A stretch of DNA of 64,000 nt from an uncultured Gammaproteobacteria bacterium (GTDB taxonomy: Bacteria; Patescibacteriota; Microgenomatia; UBA12405): contig CAYPBP010000001.1 of assembly GCA_964408995.1 (NCBI GenBank), forward strand, positions 74,823 through 138,822, in the 5' to 3' direction. Positions 30,698 to 40,066 of the stretch are shown here, piece by piece. The translations under genes and the position numbers were made by a program. The notes beneath the pieces were generated by a model, which saw nothing but the letters and a program-made list of their open reading frames with translations, ran no database searches and was not told where the DNA came from. Within the stretch, counting starts at the first letter, position 1; each line of letters begins with the position of its first letter.

Positions 30698-31797
30698 ATT
30701 TAGAAACTATTATTAACGAGTCTCCATATGTTTTTTATTTTTTAGTTGTCGATAAGTTTTTAGACATCAGTTTACCTCAACTTAAAAATTTTCATAAAAT
30801 TTATCTTTCTGATTATCCATCTATAAAAATTAAAAACAGTGGCAAACTTTTGGCAAACCAACAGGTTAAAGAATATATAAAATTAACTTCAAAGTCATTA
30901 ACTCCAGTTATAATTCCCTTTAAACCATCGGCAAAAATTGATATTTTATGTCAAAAAAATAATTGGATTAACGCCAGTAATCCTGGCCCAATTAATCGAT
31001 TTTTAGAAGATAAAATTAAATTTGCTAAACTCTGTCAAAATAAAAAACTCCCAACCCTTCCTTTCTCTCTTGACACTTTTTCTGAAAATAACTTTCTAAA
31101 ATATCAAAAAAAATACAATCAAAAATTAGTTATTCAAACTCATTTTGGTTGGGCAGGGAATAGTACTTTTTCAGCCTCATCTTGGGATGAAATAAAAGAT
31201 AAGATAGAAATCGACACTATGGTTAAATATAGCCCATTTATTGAAGCTTCCTATTCTCTTTTAAACAATTGCTGTCTAACTAAATTTGGATTAATTCAAA
31301 GTCCAATAGCTCTGCAATACACTGGCATCAAACCTTTCACTAAAAATCCTTTTACTACTGTTGGTCGTCAATGGCCTTGTTTTGCTCCACCAAAAATAAT
31401 TAAAAAAACTCAAAAAATAACTCAAAAGTTTTCTAAAATTTTAAAAGAAATTGGCTATAAAGGCTTCTTTGGACTCGACTTTTTAATTAATAAAAACCAA
31501 GTCTTTTTATTAGAATGCAACCCCAGGTTAACTGCTTCTTTTGCTTTTTATACCCAACTAGAACAACTTCAAAACATTAATCCTCTTTTCTATTTTCATT
31601 TAGTCGAATTTTTAAAAATTAATTATCGTCCAAATATAAAATTCGAACAATCTCGTTTTAAAAATAAAAAAATTATTGGTTCTGAACTTACAATTAAAGA
31701 TAAAAATAATAATACCAAAAAGAAGCTTAATTTCTTTTATCCTTTGTCTCTCACCAACAATCCTATTTCTATTTCTCTAAATTTAAATGAAAAATAA
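30685..31797 (+). CDS. ATP-grasp family ligase of unknown specificity
   Basis: GFFGLDFLINKNQVFLLECNPRLTAS is an ATP-grasp C-terminal motif. It overlaps the PLP gene by 13 nt, so the two are likely translationally coupled. Confidence 0.55.
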   Translation: MSKINLETIINESPYVFYFLVVDKFLDISLPQLKNFHKIYLSDYPSIKIKNSGKLLANQQVKEYIKLTSKSLTPVIIPFKPSAKIDILCQKNNWINASNPGPINRFLEDKIKFAKLCQNKKLPTLPFSLDTFSENNFLKYQKKYNQKLVIQTHFGWAGNSTFSASSWDEIKDKIEIDTMVKYSPFIEASYSLLNNCCLTKFGLIQSPIALQYTGIKPFTKNPFTTVGRQWPCFAPPKIIKKTQKITQKFSKILKEIGYKGFFGLDFLINKNQVFLLECNPRLTASFAFYTQLEQLQNINPLFYFHLVEFLKINYRPNIKFEQSRFKNKKIIGSELTIKDKNNNTKKKLNFFYPLSLTNNPISISLNLNEK

Positions 31798-32962
31798 TAA
31801 ATCACCATTATTATTTTTAGTCTTTAGTTTAATTTTCATTGGCATTATTTTTATTTCCGTATCTTCACTTGGTGAAGCTAGTTCCACTGTTGGCGATAAA
31901 TTTTTATTCATAAAAAAACAAGCATTTTGGCTTACCTTGGGAATAATTTGTTATTACATAACTTCAAAACTAAAAATCGAAACTATAAAAAAATTTGCTT
32001 TCATTTTTTATGCTATTTCCATATTAGGATTAATATTAGTATTAATTCCTGGTTTTGGTAACGAAGCTCTAGGCGCCAAACGTTGGCTTAATTTAGGTTT
32101 TACCAGTATTCAGCCATCAGAAATAGTAAAACTTAGCTCTATTATTTATTTTTCTTATCTTTTTGCCAAAGAAGAAAAACGTCATATAAAAAATCTTATT
32201 TTTTATTTAGGAATTCCTTTTCTTTTGATTATAGTTGAGCCAAATTTAAGTACTGCTATTTTAGTTTCAGCCATCGTTGGTTCAATTTATTATCTTTCGG
32301 GTGGTGAAGTATTTCCATTATTAGGTATGGTTGTTCTAATTTTATTATTAAGCATTCCTCTAATCTTTTTATCTCCCTATCGATCAGCCAGATTAAAAAC
32401 TTTTTTAGAACCACAACAAAACCAAAGTGGTGCTTCCTATCATAGTAATCAAATCATACTAACCCTTTCCTCTGGAGGACTTTTTGGAAAAGGTTTTGCC
32501 AACTCAGACCAAAAATATAAATTTTTACCCAAAATATCAACTGACTCAATTCTGGCCGTAATTGGTGAAGAAATTGGTTTTGTCGGTATTTTTGTAGTTC
32601 TTTTAATTTATCTTTCTTTGATAAATTATCTTCTTAAATTTTCTCAAACTATAGACGATCCATTTCAAAGTTTATTAGTCTCGGGAACTGCTTGTTGGAT
32701 TGCTTATCAAAGCTTAATAAATATTTCTGCTATTGCCGCTCTAATTCCTTTAACTGGAGTTCCTCTTCCTTTTATTTCCTATGGTGGATCATCTCTTCTA
32801 ACTCTTTTTATTGCCATTGGTTTGGTTAGAAATGTCGAAAAAAATCAAAAAACACTGATATACTTAAAGGGTGATCAGCACCAAAATCAAAAAAACAATC
32901 ATCATCACCGGGACTCATCTCACTCCAGCCCTAGAACTCATCAGACAATTACAAAAAGATAA
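31787..32962 (+). CDS. ftsW: SEDS-family cell division protein FtsW
   Basis: Polytopic FtsW/RodA-family protein lying between mraY and murG. It has a His-rich C-terminal tail. Confidence 0.8.
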   Translation: MKNNKSPLLFLVFSLIFIGIIFISVSSLGEASSTVGDKFLFIKKQAFWLTLGIICYYITSKLKIETIKKFAFIFYAISILGLILVLIPGFGNEALGAKRWLNLGFTSIQPSEIVKLSSIIYFSYLFAKEEKRHIKNLIFYLGIPFLLIIVEPNLSTAILVSAIVGSIYYLSGGEVFPLLGMVVLILLLSIPLIFLSPYRSARLKTFLEPQQNQSGASYHSNQIILTLSSGGLFGKGFANSDQKYKFLPKISTDSILAVIGEEIGFVGIFVVLLIYLSLINYLLKFSQTIDDPFQSLLVSGTACWIAYQSLINISAIAALIPLTGVPLPFISYGGSSLLTLFIAIGLVRNVEKNQKTLIYLKGDQHQNQKNNHHHRDSSHSSPRTHQTITKR

Positions 32963-33971
32963 TAAAATAGATTGGCAAATAAATTATATTGGTCGAAAAT
33001 ATAATTCTAGTGTTGACCAAACTCCTTCTATAGAATCCAAAGTAATTCCCAGTTTAGGTATAAACTTTTATTCAATTGACTGTGGCAAATTAGACAGAAG
33101 GTGGATTCCCAACACCATCAAAGGTCTCCCTCAAACTTTTAAATCAATTTTCAAGGCTTCTAAATTAATAAAACAAATAAAACCAGATGTTGTGCTTTCT
33201 TTTGGTGGTTATGTTTCTGTCCCTGTTGTTATCCAAAGTTTTTTAAAAAAAATTCCATCAATTACCCATGAGCAAACATTAACCAATAGTTTAACCACTA
33301 AAATAAACAGTTTTTTTGTCAGTAAAATTGCTTTATCTTTTGACAACAAAAATCAAAAAGAAAAACTGCCTAAAAATAAAATTGTAATTACCGGTAATCC
33401 CCTAAGAAACGAACTTTTTAATCCTCAAAAGTCAAAGACAGGGGACAGTCTTCAAAAGATTAATAAACCAGTTATATATATTACCGCTGGAAACCAGGGC
33501 TCACAAATCATAAACTCATTAATTAAAAAAATATTACCTAATTTGAAAAATTACTTTGTAATCCACCAAACTGGTAAAAACGATTTTCTAGATTTTAAAA
33601 AATTAATCAAAAAATATTCTAATTACAAAGCTTTTGATTATATAGACTCAAACGATCTTAGTCATATTTTTAAAAAAGCAGAATTAATCATAAGTCGATC
33701 AGGAGCTAATACTAGTCAAGAAATTATGGCTTTAAATAAAAAATCAATTTTAATTCCTCTAAAGGTTAGCCAACAAGATGAACAACTCTTAAACGCTCTT
33801 TTAGTAAAAGAAAAGCTTCCAAAATTAACAGAAATTATTGAAGAAAAAGATTTAAACAAATCTCAACTTTTAGACAGAATCTATAAATTAATTTCAATAA
33901 ATACAAAAAAAATAGATTTAAAAGACTCAGTTAACCTCAAATTGCTTAATTTAATCCATGAAATTATTTAA
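32871..33971 (+). CDS. murG: UDP-GlcNAc:undecaprenyl-PP-MurNAc-pentapeptide GlcNAc transferase
   Basis: GT28 architecture, about 366 aa, positioned after ftsW. Motif recognition is only moderate. Confidence 0.7.
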   Translation: MISTKIKKTIIITGTHLTPALELIRQLQKDNKIDWQINYIGRKYNSSVDQTPSIESKVIPSLGINFYSIDCGKLDRRWIPNTIKGLPQTFKSIFKASKLIKQIKPDVVLSFGGYVSVPVVIQSFLKKIPSITHEQTLTNSLTTKINSFFVSKIALSFDNKNQKEKLPKNKIVITGNPLRNELFNPQKSKTGDSLQKINKPVIYITAGNQGSQIINSLIKKILPNLKNYFVIHQTGKNDFLDFKKLIKKYSNYKAFDYIDSNDLSHIFKKAELIISRSGANTSQEIMALNKKSILIPLKVSQQDEQLLNALLVKEKLPKLTEIIEEKDLNKSQLLDRIYKLISINTKKIDLKDSVNLKLLNLIHEII

Positions 33972-34338
33972 ATTATTTTTATTTACTATTTTCTTTTTTG
34001 GATTATTACTTTCCGTTTATAATCTAAACAATTCCTTTGGAAAAAAGATAAATCCAAACTCTAATAAAAATAGTTTTTACCTTGAATTAGACAATATTTT
34101 AATCAAAGCTCAAATAAAAACGGTAAAAAACAATATTAGGGATTATCAAAATCAATTTGAATTCTATATAATTAATGAAAGCAACCCAATTAAAGTTATT
34201 TTATCAACCAAAAAGAACCCTTATTGGCAAATTGCTTCTTTACAAGAAATTTTAAAAAAAGCTAAAATTAATAATAAACAACTGCAATTAGTTGACCTAA
34301 GCATCAACCATCCATATGCAACATTCAAAAATAATTAA
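33958..34338 (+). CDS. small FtsQ/DivIB-like membrane protein (positional call)
   Basis: 126 aa with one N-terminal TM, immediately upstream of ftsA. Confidence 0.3.
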   Translation: MKLFKLFLFTIFFFGLLLSVYNLNNSFGKKINPNSNKNSFYLELDNILIKAQIKTVKNNIRDYQNQFEFYIINESNPIKVILSTKKNPYWQIASLQEILKKAKINNKQLQLVDLSINHPYATFKNN

Positions 34339-35566
34339 CATAATAGACATCGGTACTTCAAAAGTTACTACTCTTGTTGGTCAATATTTTGATACTGAAG
34401 ATAAATTTAATATCGTGGCTGTTTCTTCAATTCCATCTCTTGGTTTCAGAAAAGGTCAAATAATAAACCTAGAACAAGCCTCTCACACTATCACTCAAAG
34501 CGTAGAAGCTGCCGAAAGAATGGCTGGATTTCAAATAAATAGTGCTCATGTTTCAATTTCGGCTCCCCACATTGAATCTATAAATTCACATGGCGTGGTA
34601 GCTATCAGTAATCCCAATGGTGAAATAGATGAAAACGACATTAACCGAGTTACTGAAGCAGCCAAAGCTATTTCCCTGCCAACTGGCAAAGAAATAATTC
34701 ATATTATTCAACGAAAATTCACTGTCGATGGTCAAGAAGGAGTAGTTGATCCAATTGGAATGAATGGAATCAGATTAGAAGTTGAAGCTCACTTAATTCT
34801 AGCTTCTAGCCCTGCCTTAAAAAATCTTAAAAAATGTCTTGAAGATATTGGTATCAAAATTGAATCATTAACTTACGCTGGATTAAGCACAGCCACAGCC
34901 GCCCTAACTGACACCGAAAAAGAACTTGGTGTCGCTCTGGTGGACATTGGTGGCAGTGTTACCAATATAACTATCTTTATAGAAGGCTCACCCGTATTTT
35001 CTTCAGTAATTCCTATTGGAGCCAACAACGTCACTAACGACATTGCTATTGGTCTTAGATTCTCAATAGAGGATGCTGAAAAAATAAAACTAAAGTTAAC
35101 CAAATTAGCAGAAAGCAAAAAATTCGAAGATGAAATTGAAGTTTCTCATTTTGATATTCAAACTGATGACAAAAAGAAAATTTCTCTTCAAACAGCCATT
35201 AATGGCATTGTTAAGCCTCGACTAGAAGAAATTTTTAGTTTAATTTATTCCCAGATAGAAGAAAGTGCTTTTCATCAATCAATTCCAGCCGGAATTGTGT
35301 TAACTGGTGGGGGAGCCATGACCGTCAATGCCAAAGAAATTTGTAATAAAGTTATTCCTTTACCTTTAAGAATCGCTACTCCTCCAAAAGTCGGTGGCAT
35401 AGTTGATGATATTCTAAATCCAGCTTATACTAGCACTATTGGACTTTTGATTCATAATAAAAATACTAATAAAAAAGGTGGTGGATCAAGCATTAAAGCT
35501 CCAAAAATTTCCATGGGAGGTTTTTTAAGTAAAATAAAAAATATGCTTGAACCTCTTTTACCATAA
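34316..35566 (+). CDS. ftsA: cell division protein FtsA
   Basis: Actin-like ATPase: IIDIGTSKVTTLVG...VDIGGSVTNITIF. Confidence 0.9.
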   Translation: MQHSKIINIIDIGTSKVTTLVGQYFDTEDKFNIVAVSSIPSLGFRKGQIINLEQASHTITQSVEAAERMAGFQINSAHVSISAPHIESINSHGVVAISNPNGEIDENDINRVTEAAKAISLPTGKEIIHIIQRKFTVDGQEGVVDPIGMNGIRLEVEAHLILASSPALKNLKKCLEDIGIKIESLTYAGLSTATAALTDTEKELGVALVDIGGSVTNITIFIEGSPVFSSVIPIGANNVTNDIAIGLRFSIEDAEKIKLKLTKLAESKKFEDEIEVSHFDIQTDDKKKISLQTAINGIVKPRLEEIFSLIYSQIEESAFHQSIPAGIVLTGGGAMTVNAKEICNKVIPLPLRIATPPKVGGIVDDILNPAYTSTIGLLIHNKNTNKKGGGSSIKAPKISMGGFLSKIKNMLEPLLP

Positions 35567-35570
35567 AATT

Positions 35571-36752
35571 ATGGGATTAATTAAAACTCTAACAGGACAA
35601 TTTGCCAGAATAAAAGTCATCGGTATTGGTGGTGGTGGTAATAATGCTATCAATTCAATGATTAATGAAGATGCCATAAAAGGTGTCGATTTTATTGCTG
35701 TTAACACCGATTCACAGGCTTTATTAAGCTCTAAAGCTTCAGTAAAAATTCAAATTGGAGAAAAATTAACCAAAGGCTTAGGGGCTGGGGGTAATCCTCA
35801 AATAGGTCAAAAAGCTGCTGAAGAATCAAAAGAAAGAATAAAAGAGGTTCTTGAAGGTACTGATATGGTTTTTGTTACTGGTGGTATGGGAGGTGGCACT
35901 TGCACTGGAGCTGCTCCTGTAATTGCTCAAATTGCCAAAAAAGAATTAGGGATTTTAACTATTGGAGTGGTCACTAAACCATTTTTATTTGAAGGCACCA
36001 GACGTATGACCAATGCCGAAGATGGTATTGCTCAATTAAGAGAAAATGTTGACACCCTTATTGTGATTCCAAACCAAAAAGTTATGGAAGTTGTAGACAA
36101 TAAAGCCACTTTATTAAAAGCTTTTGAAATTGCTGATTCTGTTTTAAGTAAAGGTACCAAAGCTATCGCTGATTTGATTACCATCCCTGGTTTAATTAAT
36201 CTAGATTTTGCCGATATTAAAGCCGTTATGAGCAATGCTGGCACAGCTTTGATGGGAGTAGGCGAGGCAGAAGGTGAAAACAGAGTTCAAAAAGCAGTTG
36301 AAGATGCTATTTATTCTCCATTAGTTGAAGTTAATATCGAAGGTGCCAGAGGAGTTTTAATAAACATCACTGGTGGACCAGATATCACTATGGCTGAAAT
36401 TGAAGAAGCTGCCCAAGCCATAACTGAAAGAACTGCCCCAGATGCCAATATTATTTTTGGTGCCACTATTGAAAATGAATTAAAAGGTAAAGTAAAAATT
36501 TCAGTTATTGCCACTGGTTTTGACACTAGTCGAGCCGGTCTTTATCAACATCTCAAAAAACCACAACCAACTTTAATGCGCATGCCAGATAAAGCCAAAG
36601 AAGAACCGGAAGAAACTACAAGTAGTATTACCGAGCCCTCACAATTAAGTGAAAACCAAATCAAAGAATTTATGGAAAACAAACAAGTTCCAGAAGGAAT
36701 TGATATCGTTGACGAGTACGACATCCCTGCGTTTTTAAGAAAAAATAAATAA
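35571..36752 (+). CDS. ftsZ: cell division GTPase FtsZ
   Basis: [15 protein letters not shown] and the GGGTGTG tubulin signature. Start set at ATG 35571, after the ftsA stop. Confidence 0.95.
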   Translation: MGLIKTLTGQFARIKVIGIGGGGNNAINSMINEDAIKGVDFIAVNTDSQALLSSKASVKIQIGEKLTKGLGAGGNPQIGQKAAEESKERIKEVLEGTDMVFVTGGMGGGTCTGAAPVIAQIAKKELGILTIGVVTKPFLFEGTRRMTNAEDGIAQLRENVDTLIVIPNQKVMEVVDNKATLLKAFEIADSVLSKGTKAIADLITIPGLINLDFADIKAVMSNAGTALMGVGEAEGENRVQKAVEDAIYSPLVEVNIEGARGVLINITGGPDITMAEIEEAAQAITERTAPDANIIFGATIENELKGKVKISVIATGFDTSRAGLYQHLKKPQPTLMRMPDKAKEEPEETTSSITEPSQLSENQIKEFMENKQVPEGIDIVDEYDIPAFLRKNK

Positions 36753-36755
36753 AAA

Positions 36756-37007
36756 CTAACAATAAACTTCTCTTCTGTGTCCAACTTTTAAAATATAAAT
36801 CTTATTACCTTTTATTTCAAAAATAACTCGATAATTATTTATTCGATATCTGTACTCACCTAATTTAGAATTAATTAATTTTTTAGAAATTTTTAAAGGA
36901 TCTTTTTCTAACAACAATATCTTTTTACCAATCTTTTTTTTAACCACTGCATCAAGTTTTTTAATCTGACTAACTGCTTTTTTTGTAATTAAAATCTCAT
37001 ATTCCAC
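36756..37007 (-). CDS. type II toxin, RelE/ParE family
   Basis: 83 aa. The ...RYRINNYRVIFEIKGNKIYILKVGHRREVY ending is typical of RelE/ParE. Confidence 0.7.
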   Translation of the reverse strand: MEYEILITKKAVSQIKKLDAVVKKKIGKKILLLEKDPLKISKKLINSKLGEYRYRINNYRVIFEIKGNKIYILKVGHRREVYC

Positions 37008-37087
37008 AACTTTTTCAAGAAATCAAATAATTATTATATTAATTATAAACAAAGCGAAACAAAAATTACAAATTTAATTTGTAATTT

Positions 37088-37336
37088 TTATATTTTGCCA
37101 AAAATTTCATCAAAAGGATAGACCTCACCTTTTTCAATATTCTTTCTGGCATCTTCAATATCTTTTTTATATTTAGAATTCGCCAAAGCTAATAAATCTT
37201 CCAACATATCAATATTCACAATGGCTGACTTAATTTTTCCACGACTAGAGATTAAGATAAAATCTTTTTTATTTTCCACTAAATCTAGTGTATCTGCTAA
37301 GTTATTTCTTAATATTGTACTTGTTACTGTATTCAT
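37088..37336 (-). CDS. type II antitoxin, Phd/YefM family
   Basis: MNTVTSTILRNNLADTLDLVENKKDFILISSRGK is a Phd/YefM N-terminus. Directly upstream of the toxin. Confidence 0.7.
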   Translation of the reverse strand: MNTVTSTILRNNLADTLDLVENKKDFILISSRGKIKSAIVNIDMLEDLLALANSKYKKDIEDARKNIEKGEVYPFDEIFGKI

Positions 37337-37384
37337 AACTACAAATGTACATCTTAATTGTACAATTGTCAACATTTAATTTTA

Positions 37385-37480
37385 AAATATAATTTTTTTC
37401 CAAAAAATGACGGCCAACTAACTAAAAAACAAAATACACAAATGTGCACTCGGTTGTTTAGCTCGTGGCCGTCGTTTTAT
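37385..37480 (-). terminator. long-loop hairpin (GACGGCCA...TGGCCGTC) with T-tracts on both sides, a candidate terminator for the minus-strand gene at 37519-38046
   Basis: The inverted repeat ATGACGGCCAAC...CGTGGCCGTCGTTTTATTCTTTT is visible in the sequence. The loop contains the tRNA-Val 5'-end copy. Confidence 0.3.
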
Positions 37481-37518
37481 TCTTTTGCTTTAGGATTTTT
37501 TGGAGTCTGAAATGATAG

Positions 37519-38046
37519 TTATGGTTTAAGTTGTTTAAATCTGTAGATAATATAATCTTCGCCAAAAATGGTTTCCAAAAGTTCTTCTTGATCTGCTGTC
37601 GGAGAAAATGTGCCTTCAATATGAAGCTTATCTTTAAAAAGGACACACTTCGTATTTGCTATAACCAACATGTTTTTTGTGGTTACATATGGACTTCCCA
37701 ATGTTTCATTTTGTTTTTTATGAATTCCCTCACTCTCGCCTCCGTCTTCAGCCTCATAGGCTAAACCAATTATGACTGTTCCTTTCGGAACCTTCATGTG
37801 CTCACCTGAAAACAAAACAGTTATTGCTGTTTTTGTCGCCGGTCTTGGATAATTATCCAAAATAGAATTAAGAACAATAGCTCCAACGACAATGCCGATG
37901 ATGAGACCAATAATAATACCGACATATAAATATGTCTTCCTTTTTGGCAGCTTCGTTTGCGGTGTTTTTTGTGTTTCTGTTTTTTTCGGGAAATTCGGAG
38001 GGGTGACTATAACTCCTTTGAACGGTTTATCATTTTCGTTTAACAT
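37519..38046 (-). CDS. hypothetical membrane-anchored protein (GC-richer, strong SD)
   Basis: N-terminal TM (YVGIIIGLIIGIVVGAIVL) and a canonical AAGGAG SD 9 nt upstream of ATG. Local GC appears higher than the flanking genes. Confidence 0.4.
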   Translation of the reverse strand: MLNENDKPFKGVIVTPPNFPKKTETQKTPQTKLPKRKTYLYVGIIIGLIIGIVVGAIVLNSILDNYPRPATKTAITVLFSGEHMKVPKGTVIIGLAYEAEDGGESEGIHKKQNETLGSPYVTTKNMLVIANTKCVLFKDKLHIEGTFSPTADQEELLETIFGEDYIIYRFKQLKP

Positions 38047-38287
38047 TTCTTTTTTCTCCTTCACTTAATAAATTATTTTTTTCGACCTTGACATACCCAA
38101 TTGAACTTCCTCTAAAGCAAAATTTTAAGGTTCTAAACCTTGGCTATATTAAAAAACCTAGACGCATCGTCCAGGGATAGAAAAGATTTAATGTTTCAAT
38201 GATTCACATCATGAAAACGTCCTATAATATCAATACATCTCCAAAAAGTCAAGTATTTAGTCCTCATTATGCTATATAATAAAATCA

Positions 38288-39283
38288 ATGTCTAGATCCT
38301 TGTGGCTACCAACTCTAATCAGCTTAACCGTTTTCTTTTCTATCAACATTCTAATGGTAGCTTCTGTTGCTCCAAATTCAGTTTTAAAACAATTAGCCGC
38401 TTGGGTAATTGGTTTAATTTTATTTTTCATCGGCAAACAAATCAATTTAAAACAACTTGGTTCATATAAATGGCCAATTTTTATCGCTTGTTGTGTTTTA
38501 CTTCTAATTCCAATTTTGTTTAACAGTGTTACTCGCGGATCTCGACAATGGATTTATATTGGTAATCAAAGTATCCAACCATCAGAAATAGTTAGACCTT
38601 GGCTAATGTCTTTTTTGGCTACCACTAATCTTCCTTTTCTACATGCAATTCCAGTAGGCATAATCATGGGCCAACCAGATTTTGGCAGTGCTATTTCTGT
38701 TTTCTTTTTAATTATCCCTGTAATTTTGTATAACAAAAAATTACTTAAAATATCTATCTTGATTGGACTTATTTTTATTTTAATTTCTCCCTTAATTTAT
38801 AAATATGGCCTTCGCAGTTATCAACAAAATCGAATTTTAACTTTTATAGACCCGAAAGCTGATCCACTGGGTAAAGGTTACAACGTTATTCAATCTCAAA
38901 TTGCCATTGGTTCTGGTGGTTTCTTTGGCAAAGGTTGGAAAAAGGGGACTCAAGGACAATTATTATTCTTACCCGAAAAACACAGTGATTTTATGTTTGC
39001 TACTACCGCCGAAGAACTTGGTATAGTTGGCATCTTAATTGTTTTATCTGCCTACTATTTATTAATCAGCACCCTTTTTAATAAAGCTTTTTCCACTAAA
39101 AACCGAGCCCTATTTATTTTTACTCTTGGCATTGCTATTCAAATTTGGATGCAAACTTTTGTCAATATTGGAATGAACATTGGCATCTTACCAGTCACTG
39201 GAATTCCTCTTCCTTTTATCTCTGTTGGCGGATCATCTTTAATGACTTTTCTTTTTTCATTAGGTATTGCCTATTCATCATAA
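38288..39283 (+). CDS. rodA: SEDS-family protein RodA-like
   Basis: Second FtsW/RodA-family polytopic protein. The C-terminal GIPLPFISVGGSSL motif is shared with ftsW. Confidence 0.75.
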   Translation: MSRSLWLPTLISLTVFFSINILMVASVAPNSVLKQLAAWVIGLILFFIGKQINLKQLGSYKWPIFIACCVLLLIPILFNSVTRGSRQWIYIGNQSIQPSEIVRPWLMSFLATTNLPFLHAIPVGIIMGQPDFGSAISVFFLIIPVILYNKKLLKISILIGLIFILISPLIYKYGLRSYQQNRILTFIDPKADPLGKGYNVIQSQIAIGSGGFFGKGWKKGTQGQLLFLPEKHSDFMFATTAEELGIVGILIVLSAYYLLISTLFNKAFSTKNRALFIFTLGIAIQIWMQTFVNIGMNIGILPVTGIPLPFISVGGSSLMTFLFSLGIAYSS

Positions 39284-39327
39284 ATATTTGCTTGTTTAGA
39301 AAATTTACTATGCTATAATCGAAAGGT

Positions 39328-39642
39328 ATGAAATACGCTGTTATTGCCATTTCTGGCACTCAATATCAAATCGAAGAAAATCAAACAATTACCGTTGATT
39401 TATTAGATCTTAAAGAAGGTGAAAAATCTTCAACTGATCAAGTTTTATTAACTGTTGACGGAGATAAAGTTAAAGTTGGCACTCCAACCGTAAAAGACGC
39501 TTCTGTTGAATTCAAAGTCATCAAACATTATCAAGGTAAAAAATTAAAAGTTTTCAAATATAAATCAAAATCACGTTATCGTAAAACAACTGGTTTTCGA
39601 GCTCAATTAACTGATATACAAATATTAAAAATTAACTTTTAA
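39328..39642 (+). CDS. rplU: 50S ribosomal protein L21
   Basis: MKYAVIAISGTQYQIEEN... matches the L21 N-terminus. Confidence 0.9.
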   Translation: MKYAVIAISGTQYQIEENQTITVDLLDLKEGEKSSTDQVLLTVDGDKVKVGTPTVKDASVEFKVIKHYQGKKLKVFKYKSKSRYRKTTGFRAQLTDIQILKINF

Positions 39643-39678
39643 TCTACGATCTAACATCTAAGATCTAATAACTAATTT

Positions 39679-39948
39679 ATGGCACATACAAAATCACAAG
39701 GCAAAACAAATCAAAAATCTAACCGTCCTGGGCAAAGAAGGGGAGTTAAAGTTTTTGGTAGCCAAACCATCAAAGTTGGTGAAATAATCGTCAGACAAGT
39801 TGGTTCTAGTTTTCATGCTGGTAAAGGTACTAAAACTGGTAAAGATTTCACTATCTATGCTATGAGACCTGGTATTGTAAAATTCTTCAAAAAATTTGGT
39901 AAAAACATTGTTTCTGTTATCAAGGCTGAAACAAAAAAAAACGAATAA
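39679..39948 (+). CDS. rpmA: 50S ribosomal protein L27
   Basis: MAHTKSQGKTNQKSNRPGQRRGVKVFGSQ. Confidence 0.95.
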   Translation: MAHTKSQGKTNQKSNRPGQRRGVKVFGSQTIKVGEIIVRQVGSSFHAGKGTKTGKDFTIYAMRPGIVKFFKKFGKNIVSVIKAETKKNE

Positions 39949-39949
39949 A

Positions 39950-40006
39950 TAAAGTCGCCCTGTCAAGGGAGATTTCGGTTTATCCGGAGAGGGTTTTTCT
40001 TTTTGA
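39950..40006 (+). terminator. candidate rho-independent terminator after rpmA
   Basis: Hairpins CCCTGTCAAGGG and TCCGGAGAGGG followed by TTTTTCTTTTT. Confidence 0.3.
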
Positions 40007-40066
40007 TTTAGTTTGAATCATTTTTGCTCACTTTTTTCACATGTGTTTTCATAGTAACCTATTACT

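Noticed and set aside
36545-36784. 79-aa minus-strand ORF overlapping the ftsZ 3' end
   Set aside because: It is antisense to the conserved FtsZ C-terminal coding region. The RelE-like gene starts just downstream and explains the locus.
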